From: a virus | Taxonomy: Duplodnaviria; Caudoviricetes | Length of the DNA: 64,000 nucleotides | Reading direction: 5' to 3' (one strand) | Virus record (IMG/VR): IMGVR_UViG_2903109678_000002 | Span: 1-64,000 of that record | Shown: positions 28,329 through 36,178 of the stretch, piece by piece | How the letters are laid out: every line of letters starts with the position of its first letter | Numbering within the stretch: the first letter of the stretch is position 1 | Notes under the pieces: generated by a model | What the model was told of the DNA's origin: nothing | Seen by the model: the letters and a program-made list of their open reading frames with translations, nothing else | Databases searched by the model: none | Position numbers and translations under genes: made by a program

Positions 28329-28784
28329 TTACAGGGCGTGGCATTCCACGGTCAGACGATCGGCATTCAGGGTGATCTGCTTCGCCGCCACTTCATTGCT
28401 GGAAGCTTCGAGGCTTGGCCCGGTAATTCCGGTTGGGAAGCAGTTGAATACGTTCCAGGTGACATAGAGCTTTTTGCCCGATTCATCCGTCAGACTGATG
28501 GCGATATCTTTTTTGCCATCTGCGTGGTTGGCATAGTTATACAGCCACTCATACAGCTTGCACTCACCTGGGAAGATCGCCTGAGAAAGGGTGATAGAAG
28601 GTAACTGAACGCGCGTGATGTTGCGGAACAGGCCGCCCATACCATCGCGGTATTCATAACTTTCATACTGCTGGTCGAGGCCGCTTACTGAACTACAGCG
28701 GATCACATCACCGTCAATGGTTACAGTGAAGCGAAAACCGGGAACCGGATAACTTGCATCAATGATATCAGTGGTATCTGCCAT
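28329..28784 (-). CDS. Afp1-like major tail tube protein (gp19 family)
   Basis: YPVPGFRFTV, SVSGLD, YRDG, KKDIAISL, FPT..GPSLEASSNEVA. Confidence 0.93.
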   Translation of the reverse strand: MADTTDIIDASYPVPGFRFTVTIDGDVIRCSSVSGLDQQYESYEYRDGMGGLFRNITRVQLPSITLSQAIFPGECKLYEWLYNYANHADGKKDIAISLTDESGKKLYVTWNVFNCFPTGITGPSLEASSNEVAAKQITLNADRLTVECHAL

Positions 28785-28858
28785 GGTTATTTCTCACTTT
28801 GCAGGTTTGAACGTATCCGCTGCCCGCAGGCAGTCAGGATGGATGAACAACATTGATT

Positions 28859-30235
28859 TCAGGAGGTCCCGGTGGCTGACCTCAGAGGAACTAATTGCGT
28901 CAGGTTATTGTTAGAAGCGAATCTGGAATCTTGTGCGATCACAGAATCGGGGTGAATCCCTGGTAGTGGCGCCATCACGCCGAGCACCTGCTCAACGCTA
29001 ATAAACTTCGAGCAGGAAAACTGTTCACTGGTGCCCTTGTGACGTGGACACCAGAAAAAATCCTTTCGATCAAATTGATAGCGAGTGTCATTCCAGCAGC
29101 TATTGCAGACGTGGGTGTTAGTCACCCGATAGGGCGTGGCGAACTCGGTCGCTGGATTGCTAAATCCGCTGATCATCACCACCGGTGTGCCTGCGGTCCA
29201 GGCCAGCCAGGAGAGCCCGCTACTGAGGCCGACAAAAAATTCCGCGTGCATCAACCACCGCAGACGCTCGCTCAAGGGGCGATTGCCGGTTTCGTCTTCA
29301 GCGCCATGGGGAATGTGATTCCAGGTCAGATCGCGTCCTACTGTGGTCTCTTTGTCGATGCAGATCACCCGATAACCGCGTTCTTTAAGCTCCCGCACCA
29401 GTTGTATCCAGCCAACGGGATTGTTCCAGAATTTACACTGCGAGGTAGACTGAACGCCGATACAGACGTAAGGCTCCGCAATGGGGCGACGGTTTTCAGC
29501 CAGCCTGAACTGTGCGGGGTTTTCATCTGGGGCAAGGCCAAGAATGGCGCTGGCGATATGGTGTAGTGGCGTTTGTTGACCGTCAACCGGGCAGTATTCC
29601 CCCTGCGTATCCCCTATACCTGCATTCAGGAAGTAGGTGGCGTAATAGGTGGTTTCATCCGGTTCATACGGATCAATAAAGCGAATTTGCGGATAGCTGC
29701 TGGCAAAAACATCGTGGAAGCGTGCCGAGACACGGACCGTGAGACGGCACTGATGGCGTACCTGAAAACGCATCACTGAGGGCAGCCAGGCGAGGGTATC
29801 CCCCAGGGTATCTTCGGGGATTTGTATCAGCACCGGTTGCTGATACAAATCCATGACGTGCAACATGACAATCTCATTGTCTTTCTGCACCTGAAAGGCA
29901 AACGGCACGTAATACTTGTGTTTACTCTCAACCATCCCTCCTGACACCGCAGTATCACCAAACACGTGATAGTTCTGGATATCCACTACGCGTACGCGCC
30001 AGTTGCCTTCGGGTAGGTGAATGCGACAACCATGATTAAAGTCAAACAAAATGCCTGTGCCCTCTGCCCCCTGCTGGGTCGGCAGCTCGGGAACGGGGGC
30101 ATAAGGCGACTTTTTAAAATCAGAATCAGAAGCCACGGCGTACGACGACTCTGGTACAGAATCTTCTACGTGTTCGGGTTGTGGACGACTTTCAGGCGAT
30201 GGAAATGCAGCGTTATTAGGCGTAAAAAAACTCAT
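28859..30235 (-). CDS. TibC/Aah-like protein O-heptosyltransferase (BAHT family)
   Basis: FDFNHGCR, KYYVPF, TLGDTLAW, QSTSQCKFWNN, GLSSGLSWLAW, VVMISGFS and a four-Cys iron finger (CNSCWN...WCPRHKGT...FSCS). Confidence 0.92.
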   Translation of the reverse strand: MSFFTPNNAAFPSPESRPQPEHVEDSVPESSYAVASDSDFKKSPYAPVPELPTQQGAEGTGILFDFNHGCRIHLPEGNWRVRVVDIQNYHVFGDTAVSGGMVESKHKYYVPFAFQVQKDNEIVMLHVMDLYQQPVLIQIPEDTLGDTLAWLPSVMRFQVRHQCRLTVRVSARFHDVFASSYPQIRFIDPYEPDETTYYATYFLNAGIGDTQGEYCPVDGQQTPLHHIASAILGLAPDENPAQFRLAENRRPIAEPYVCIGVQSTSQCKFWNNPVGWIQLVRELKERGYRVICIDKETTVGRDLTWNHIPHGAEDETGNRPLSERLRWLMHAEFFVGLSSGLSWLAWTAGTPVVMISGFSNPATEFATPYRVTNTHVCNSCWNDTRYQFDRKDFFWCPRHKGTSEQFSCSKFISVEQVLGVMAPLPGIHPDSVIAQDSRFASNNNLTQLVPLRSATGTS

Positions 30236-30320
30236 ATTTCACCTTTATTTTTAAATAGGGCAGGTTATTTTTTCTGCTTATTGAGTTTTTATTTGCAGAT
30301 TTATAAAAAAGTGTTTTAGG

Positions 30321-30350
30321 CAGACTACCGTCCTCAGACATTCAAGCTGA
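30321..30350 (-). promoter_or_regulatory. ops-like (RfaH) element with JUMPstart-like upstream stem
   Basis: Minus strand GACGGTAGTCTG (30321-30332) is one mismatch from GGCGGTAGnnTG, is preceded by TCAG-N9-CTGA, and lies 85 nt before the first ATG. Confidence 0.65.
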
Positions 30351-30844
30351 TTTTTGGTAATTTTTTTCTTGCAATAAAGGGCATTCCTGGCGAGTGCCAG
30401 ATATAACCAGTTGAGTCGATCATGTGTTCCGCGAGGTGTTGCGGTCAGAGATAATATTAACCAGGTTTCTTAATTCAGCAAGCAGGTAAGACAATAAATA
30501 GGACAAACAAACACAACCATATGATTTTTAATCAAAAAAATAATTTATCGCTAGTTGAAAAATGTGACAGAGGCGTCAATTACAATAAAATCATGGTAAA
30601 GCAAGGGGTTGGCATGACCTATAGTTACTGTCTCAATAGCCGTTTTATCCATATATTTTAAAAAAAACCTTAATAATCAACACTCATAAATCCTCGATTA
30701 GGATAAAACTCATTCAATTAATGCCATTTTATCCATAGCGCTGGATCACGGTAAGCTCGGGAACATGACAATCATATGGGGGAATATTCAGGGCTTATTT
30801 CAATATGATTAAAATCACATGACTGAACCGACATGGATTAAAAA

Positions 30845-30858
30845 TAGGATTAGTCTTA
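30845..30858. promoter_or_regulatory. Putative RcsAB box
   Basis: Minus strand TAAGACTAATCCTA matches the consensus TaAGaatatTCctA at 12/14 positions. Confidence 0.5.
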
Positions 30859-31023
30859 TTTTAGAAAAAGATCAGCCACCACGCCTACTGCTGTTCAACG
30901 TGAGAGTGATCAAGGGGACAGGAAGAGCATGTTTGAGGCGCATTCTGAAGATTGAACAAACTGCTCTTTATAACCGCAATATTGATGCGGTTTAAGTGGT
31001 TGGTGGCCAGAAGCCAGGCAAAT

Positions 31024-31062
31024 GATATCAGGAAAGGATATCAGGAAAGGATATTGAGAAAG
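31024..31062. repeat. 13-bp tandem repeat, three copies
   Basis: GATATCAGGAAAG x2 plus GATATTGAGAAAG. Confidence 0.85.
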
Positions 31063-31076
31063 GAGGTGTAGAAACG

Positions 31077-31097
31077 AAAAAACCGCCCTTAGGCGGT
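31077..31097 (-). terminator. Terminator downstream of the tRNA-Leu 3' end
   Basis: Minus strand ACCGCC-TAAG-GGCGGT then a T run. Confidence 0.75.
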
Positions 31098-31142
31098 CAC
31101 GACATTACTACATATTGCTTTGATTTTATTCAGCTTTTACAT

Positions 31143-31198
31143 TGGTGCCCGGGGCGGGACTTGAACCCGCACAGCCATAAGCCGAGGGATTTTAAATC
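31143..31198 (-). repeat. 3' half of tRNA-Leu(UAA), leuZ-like; prophage att site
   Basis: Minus strand GATTTAAAATCCCTCGGCTTATGGCTGTGCGGGTTCAAGTCCCGCCCCGGGCACCA gives anticodon loop, variable arm, T arm and CCA. The 5' acceptor strand and D arm are absent. Confidence 0.88.
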
Positions 31199-31493
31199 GC
31201 TATCTTTTGCCTTTCATTTCAATGGATTACTTAGCTTCTTCATAATATGACGCATAAGTAGCATCCTGATAAAACAATGAGTTAGAGATACGGATTGTTC
31301 CTTATTATGAAGGCTTTTTCCATACATTCGCAGGATAAGCAAGCCGCACGTAGTATCTGGAAAGCTCCACGCAGATGCCCTATTGCTAATAACCAATAAT
31401 TTAATTAGATATTAAAAAATAATGCCATTTTATATTTAAATAAAACTATCGGATATTAGTTATATTGATTCATTTAATTCTTTCTCTTAAAAC

Positions 31494-31585
31494 TTAAATC
31501 GGCCCTTATGCTTCCCCAAGGTTAAAATCTCACAAACAATCTTCCCCAGCACAAACACCTCTTCCAGTAACCCAGCTTCTATAGC
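31494..31585 (-). pseudogene. Remnant of the 3' end of a second copy of the UmuD-like gene
   Basis: Translates AIEAGLLEEVFVLGKIVCEILTL versus AIEGEALEEVVVLGKIVCEILTL in 32366-32686; frameshifted before the GPI-stop. Confidence 0.8.
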
Positions 31586-31718
31586 GGGTTTCAGTTTAAG
31601 TACCTAGACTGGATGAGTATCACTTTCGACTCAAAAAAATGCACCCGGTGGTTCATTCTCTTCTATAGTTAACTCAGCTGTAGGTGTTGCTTATCCCCTT
31701 GGTGATGTTTCATGTTAC

Positions 31719-31746
31719 TGCCCGGCTGTCTCCGGGCATTTTTTTT
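31719..31746 (+). terminator. Rho-independent terminator with no ORF upstream
   Basis: TGCCCGG-CTGTCT-CCGGGCA then T8. Confidence 0.8.
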
Positions 31747-31814
31747 CGAAAAATCACATCCCGGCTGTTCAAAAAAAACTAGTCGTGCCTAGGCACGCAA
31801 CCGAGGTATTACTA

Positions 31815-31991
31815 ATGACTACAAGACGTGGTGGAAAAGGCAATTTTGCTGAGGATACTGATAGAGCAAGAGAGGCTGGCAGGAAAGGTGGCGCTATGAG
31901 TAGCGGTAACTTTAAAAATGATCCTGCACGCGCAGCAGAAGCAGGCCGCAAGGGTGGAAAAAAGAAGAAACCAGAGCCTACATCAGACTAG
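31815..31991 (+). CDS. KGG-repeat general stress protein (YciG/YmdF-like)
   Basis: GNFAED..RAREAGRKGG and GNFKNDPARAAEAGRKGG; GAGG RBS. Confidence 0.9.
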   Translation: MTTRRGGKGNFAEDTDRAREAGRKGGAMSSGNFKNDPARAAEAGRKGGKKKKPEPTSD

Positions 31992-32035
31992 CCACTAAGC
32001 CCGGTTCTATCCGGGCATTAGCTGTAAGTCACGAT

Positions 32036-32251
32036 CTAATTGTTGGCAATCTTACATGCTTTACGCATGATTTTTGCGGCGTCTAAGGTAAATGCTTTCA
32101 CCTGCAAATCTTTCGATTCAGCGGCCATCCTTTCAAGTTCATAGAGAATATTTTCATTGTTGACATGTACGCCTCTACCAGCAAGCTTTAAGACTGCTGA
32201 CCCTATAGCACGCCCAATCATTTTCGTACGATATGCTCGAACTTCCTTCAT
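32036..32251 (-). CDS. Small hypothetical moron protein
   Basis: 71-aa ORF with helical composition, converging on a hairpin near 31998-32017. Confidence 0.6.
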   Translation of the reverse strand: MKEVRAYRTKMIGRAIGSAVLKLAGRGVHVNNENILYELERMAAESKDLQVKAFTLDAAKIMRKACKIANN

Positions 32252-32365
32252 TTTTAAGCTTATTTCGTCATGCTGAATCGTTACACTAAACGTTTTGAGT
32301 AATTATTCAACATAAATAATTATATATTGTGCCCTAAGGCTTTTATTTATGCTCAGAAGCCGGAT

Positions 32366-32686
32366 TCAAACTGGCCCCTCGTTCTGCTCCAAAGTCAGAA
32401 TCTCACAAACAATTTTCCCCAGCACAACCACCTCTTCCAGAGCCTCGCCTTCTATAGCTTCACCGTCTTCAGTGACTAGGCTCTTTGGGTAGTATTTGCC
32501 GATCATTGGGTAGCCCAAATGCTGGAACGCCACCCGATCACCGACTTCGATTCGGGCAACACAATCAGCCAGGACGAACCCGGTTGATGTGTCGATGCGA
32601 AATGTTGCATCTGGGTGCGGCATGCAGATTTTGTTCAGGTCGATTCGTGATTCAATGTAGTCACTGGCCGGACTTGGGAATCCCAT
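32366..32686 (-). CDS. UmuD-like (degenerate S24 family) protein
   Basis: Starts MGFPSPASDYIESRIDLN, matching the processed-UmuD N-terminus; no clear GDSM catalytic Ser motif. Confidence 0.75.
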   Translation of the reverse strand: MGFPSPASDYIESRIDLNKICMPHPDATFRIDTSTGFVLADCVARIEVGDRVAFQHLGYPMIGKYYPKSLVTEDGEAIEGEALEEVVVLGKIVCEILTLEQNEGPV

Positions 32687-32689
32687 GTA

Positions 32690-32929
32690 TCACCTCACGT
32701 AGCCCATGTTACCCAACAGGAAAACGCGGTTGCCCTTCCCATCATCTGACTTTTCAACAAAGCAGGTCTGGTAGTACTCAATCCACCTGTTAGCCTCCTG
32801 CCGCGTCCAGATATGGTTCAGCTTCGCCAGTTCCCTGACGAAGTCGTTAGTTGATACCAGGCGATGCCCTTTTGGATCGAGTGATATGGCGTTGTTGAAC
32901 GCTGCGGGTATGTCAGAACGGCGCGGCAT
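32690..32929 (-). CDS. Small SOS-linked prophage protein of unknown function
   Basis: 79-aa ORF from MPRRSD with GAGGGG RBS, directly downstream of a LexA box. Confidence 0.7.
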   Translation of the reverse strand: MPRRSDIPAAFNNAISLDPKGHRLVSTNDFVRELAKLNHIWTRQEANRWIEYYQTCFVEKSDDGKGNRVFLLGNMGYVR

Positions 32930-32947
32930 GGTTTCCCCTCGAACAAT

Positions 32948-32967
32948 TACTGTATATATAAACAGTA
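32948..32967. promoter_or_regulatory. LexA (SOS) box
   Basis: TACTGTATATATAAACAGTA fits CTGT-N8-ACAG with near-consensus flanks. Confidence 0.9.
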
Positions 32968-33045
32968 TAATCACGACAAGGCAAAAGCGGCAACTGATCA
33001 TTTACCTATCAATCGCCGCCTCTGAAGTGCTCTTGATGCTGTTGG

Positions 33046-35055
33046 TTAGATTTCTGGTTGGTCGTTTAGGTCGGTGTCAGTAGATGCTGGTTCAGATGGT
33101 AATTCATCTGATTGCTGTGAAGTTTGTTCCGCTGCGGCCTGCGCTTCAGCAAGCGCTTCTGCTTCGGCTGCTGCAATTGCTGCTTGCTCTGCTTCCTCCT
33201 GCGCTTTCTGTTGAGCCGCAAGGTATTCACGCAGTTCAACAGTGGCCTGAGCCGCTTTCTGATTGAAAACAGAATCGCCAGGCATCGCAACACGCACATC
33301 AATCCATCGACCGTCCGGGACATCAACGGGATCGCCTGCAACAATCATAGCGCTATCAACATCAAATTTGCGCTTCGCCACGTTGAGGATCACTACTCCT
33401 TCCTGGTACGAAAGTGACGCATAGCAAAGCCTGTTACCATTTTCATCCTGCGGGATTTCCAGCGTCCAGCCATCAGGATAGAGACCCGCAGTACCGGCAA
33501 TGTGGTAAAGCCCTACATCCACACACTCGACGGTAACGCCTTCGGCCTCATCATTCACAGCAGCATAATCGGTCTGGGTGAAGTTACCTTCAGTAAAGCC
33601 TGCTGGCATTTTGCTGACATTGCTTGTCACGCGCACAATAGGGGAGGCTTTCTTGATGAACCCATTACCATCAACCGTGGTGTTCTTTTGTGACCAAATC
33701 ACATAGGAGTTAGCACCATTACTCCAGCCGCCAATTTTTAGCTGGTTGTCAGCATCAATACCAAACAGCGTTGCATATGCCCCGTCGCGGATGAATACCA
33801 TTGCTGCGGAAGCGCTGCTGTTAGCGCCATTAGAAACTCGGAAGCCGGGAGCATTCGTACCATTAGTCACATTTGCCATCGGGGGGGTAATGTTACTCGC
33901 AAAAGTCAGTGCAGCTATTGTGTTATTAGAGTTGACCTGACTCCCTGCAACAATAGGAGCGCCAGCTACTGGATCCGCACCAGATGGATTAACATTTAAG
34001 GTTGCTGCGTTCCCAAGGCCTAACCCGGTTCTTGCGGTTGCCTGGGTGGTGCCACCAGTGCCACCGTTGGCTATTGGTACAGTGGTTTTAGTTGAGAGAA
34101 GTTCAACCCATGCAACGAATGTTCCTCCAGAGCATAATCTTATAAACTTTCGGTTACCAGTAGCCGCAGATGCTGTATCAGTATGATATTCTTGAATGAA
34201 GCTTGTTTTACTTCCAATACTGCGTCTCTTAACCTCTAGAACTCCAGAACTTGTTATCGGTAAGTCTGTTACTGCATCAGATAAGAAATATCTACCAGGT
34301 AAATTTATATCATTTGCACTGCCGCTGATTACCTGAGTGTAAACTGTTCCAGCTCCGGCAGGTATCCATTCAGACCATGATGGAGTTGTTGCCGACCAGT
34401 TTGCAGATAGAGTTCTGGTATATATATTTCCATATCTTGTGGTATATCTCTGCGCACAGCTAAAAGCTCCACCAATAAATACTTCCAAGACACCAGAAAC
34501 CGGTTCAGGCAAATTAAGTAAATTATATTGAGCGGCTGAACTGAAATTCCAAATCCCAGAGTATCCAGCTTGCTGAGACATCATATTAACGTCAGTAACT
34601 TCACTGCCTGTAGTGCCCCTCTGAAGTATGGCACCACTCAAAGCTGCCATATCTGAAGTCAGCTTAGCGAAGCTACTGATGGTCACGTTGGTTCCATCCG
34701 GTGCAGTCAAAGTAATGCTTCCGCTGCCGGTCATTATCTGTTGCCAGCCATCCATCTGAGTCTGGTAGTAGCTCAGCTGTGCGGCCAGACGGCGAGCAAA
34801 ATCTGGCACAGAATCGGTGTAGAATGACATGATCGAGTAAGCTTGCCCCGCTGCGAGCGTACCCGGTGAAGTCATCAGCGTGATTTTAGTCGCGCTGTCC
34901 ACACTCTTAATTTCATACATCTTAACCGTACCGGAGCCTGGGATAAGAAGCGCCTGACCGGGGCCAATAGCAAATTTATTATCCAGCCAGTTGGTGCCTG
35001 TTCCGGTTACGGTCGTGCCTGATACGGCGATTGTTCCGGTGTTATACCATGCCAT
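33046..35055 (-). CDS. Phage side tail fibre protein
   Basis: MAWYNTGTIAVSGTTVTGTGTNW anchor, knob-like repeats, PIANGGTGGTT..ARTGLGLG, NTTVDGNGFIKKASP C-terminal module. Confidence 0.88.
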   Translation of the reverse strand: MAWYNTGTIAVSGTTVTGTGTNWLDNKFAIGPGQALLIPGSGTVKMYEIKSVDSATKITLMTSPGTLAAGQAYSIMSFYTDSVPDFARRLAAQLSYYQTQMDGWQQIMTGSGSITLTAPDGTNVTISSFAKLTSDMAALSGAILQRGTTGSEVTDVNMMSQQAGYSGIWNFSSAAQYNLLNLPEPVSGVLEVFIGGAFSCAQRYTTRYGNIYTRTLSANWSATTPSWSEWIPAGAGTVYTQVISGSANDINLPGRYFLSDAVTDLPITSSGVLEVKRRSIGSKTSFIQEYHTDTASAATGNRKFIRLCSGGTFVAWVELLSTKTTVPIANGGTGGTTQATARTGLGLGNAATLNVNPSGADPVAGAPIVAGSQVNSNNTIAALTFASNITPPMANVTNGTNAPGFRVSNGANSSASAAMVFIRDGAYATLFGIDADNQLKIGGWSNGANSYVIWSQKNTTVDGNGFIKKASPIVRVTSNVSKMPAGFTEGNFTQTDYAAVNDEAEGVTVECVDVGLYHIAGTAGLYPDGWTLEIPQDENGNRLCYASLSYQEGVVILNVAKRKFDVDSAMIVAGDPVDVPDGRWIDVRVAMPGDSVFNQKAAQATVELREYLAAQQKAQEEAEQAAIAAAEAEALAEAQAAAEQTSQQSDELPSEPASTDTDLNDQPEI

Positions 35056-35074
35056 TTACTTTTCTCCGGGCAAT

Positions 35075-35095
35075 AAAAAACCCGCCGTAGCGGGT
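35075..35095 (-). terminator. Terminator after the TonB-domain moron
   Basis: ACCCGC-TACG-GCGGGT then a T run. Confidence 0.75.
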
Positions 35096-35108
35096 CTCTG
35101 TTTATTCG

Positions 35109-35405
35109 TTAGCTTCTTTCGAAACTGATTTTAATCCTGATATCTTTCTCCGGACGTCCTTTAGGGAATCGCCATTTATAAATCTGGTCCCTTACCGCAT
35201 CGTCAAAAAGATATGCTGGTGTACTGCTTATAACCCTGACGTTCTCAGCCTTTCCGGTATCACCAATGTCATACATGACATCAACGCTGCCTGACTGACC
35301 TAGATACCACGCTCTTTCTGGATAGCTAACCTTGTTTTCATTTGCACCAGCAGATGAGAAAGAAAGCATTAAAAAAACCAGAAATAATTTTGGTAAGTTA
35401 TTCAT
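35109..35405 (-). CDS. Secreted stand-alone TonB C-terminal domain protein (moron)
   Basis: Signal-peptide-like MNNLPKLFLVFLMLSFSSAGA, then YPERA..G.SG.V.V.YDI...G....V.VISS.P..LFD.AV....KWRF; AGGAGG RBS. Confidence 0.8.
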   Translation of the reverse strand: MNNLPKLFLVFLMLSFSSAGANENKVSYPERAWYLGQSGSVDVMYDIGDTGKAENVRVISSTPAYLFDDAVRDQIYKWRFPKGRPEKDIRIKISFERS

Positions 35406-35501
35406 GACGCCTCCTGTGTTATTCACACAATGAGAACACAGATTCACTTACTCATGATTGAATTTATTCGATCTTAATGATCGAGTTTGCTTATTATTAA
35501 A

Positions 35502-36176
35502 TTAGTAACCTAATGATTGAATGTAATACTGATCATAGATGGCGGTTCTAATAGCAATTATCCCTCGACTCTGGTCAGGGTAAACTAGCCCTCCTGTATT
35601 AAGACCATCCCACCACGTTCCTTGTGATACACCTGTTGGACTACCTGCCCATGAGAGAAGAATAAACTGCTGGCTCCCACCGCTACCTGGCACACCCGGC
35701 CCAGCGACAGCAGAGTGAAACCCCGGCATAACTGCCATTGGCACACCCTGCGTGTTCGCTCCTGTCGTCCATGGTACATACTCGCAGGTGAGCGGAAGGC
35801 AATTCCCCGCATAGACCATAACCCCACCACGCCAAAAAGACAGGCCAAATGGGGGGTTATAAGCCACGTAGCCACCGAAGATATAGAACCTGACTGCAAA
35901 TGCATTTCCGCCATTACCTTGCGCGTAATCAATCTTGAGCTGCTTATACCCATTAGCGCCAGCAACAATCTGCATCATCATTCCACCAGTGGTGCTGATA
36001 TAGCGCCAGAAGACAGATGAACTTTGAAAGTTAGGTACGGTGGTTTGAATATAAATCGTCGACTTGACGCTGCCGGGTATTGTGTAGTCAATTACTTGTA
36101 CAAGATTAAACGGTGTAAAATCAGGAGAAGCAAAAAATTTACCATCACTTCTCCTTATCGTCATACCATAAGCCAT
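35502..36176 (-). CDS. Tail tip-associated protein
   Basis: MAYGM start, two beta-rich repeats, second gene after J. Confidence 0.65.
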   Translation of the reverse strand: MAYGMTIRRSDGKFFASPDFTPFNLVQVIDYTIPGSVKSTIYIQTTVPNFQSSSVFWRYISTTGGMMMQIVAGANGYKQLKIDYAQGNGGNAFAVRFYIFGGYVAYNPPFGLSFWRGGVMVYAGNCLPLTCEYVPWTTGANTQGVPMAVMPGFHSAVAGPGVPGSGGSQQFILLSWAGSPTGVSQGTWWDGLNTGGLVYPDQSRGIIAIRTAIYDQYYIQSLGY

Positions 36177-36178
36177 GC

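Larger units (their letters stand above)
1..30235 (-). other. Afp/PVC-like extracellular contractile injection system (eCIS) locus, 21 co-oriented genes; may continue beyond position 1
   Basis: Recognisable equivalents of Afp1-Afp16 (tubes, sheaths, spike, gp25, PAAR-like, baseplate, fibre, tape measure, AAA+ ATPase, cap). No capsid, terminase or T6SS membrane-complex genes. Confidence 0.95.

Noticed and set aside
1-30235. Type VI secretion system or defective myophage
   Set aside because: No TssJLM, TssA, ClpV or split TssB/C sheath, and no head genes. The gene set matches Afp/PVC.
31143-31230. Intact tRNA-Leu gene
   Set aside because: Similarity stops at the anticodon stem; the D arm and 5' acceptor strand are missing.
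32690-33001. Longer 103-aa version of the SOS-linked ORF, or a UmuC call for it
   Set aside because: The extension runs through the LexA box, a better RBS precedes the ATG at 32929, and no Y-family polymerase motifs are present.
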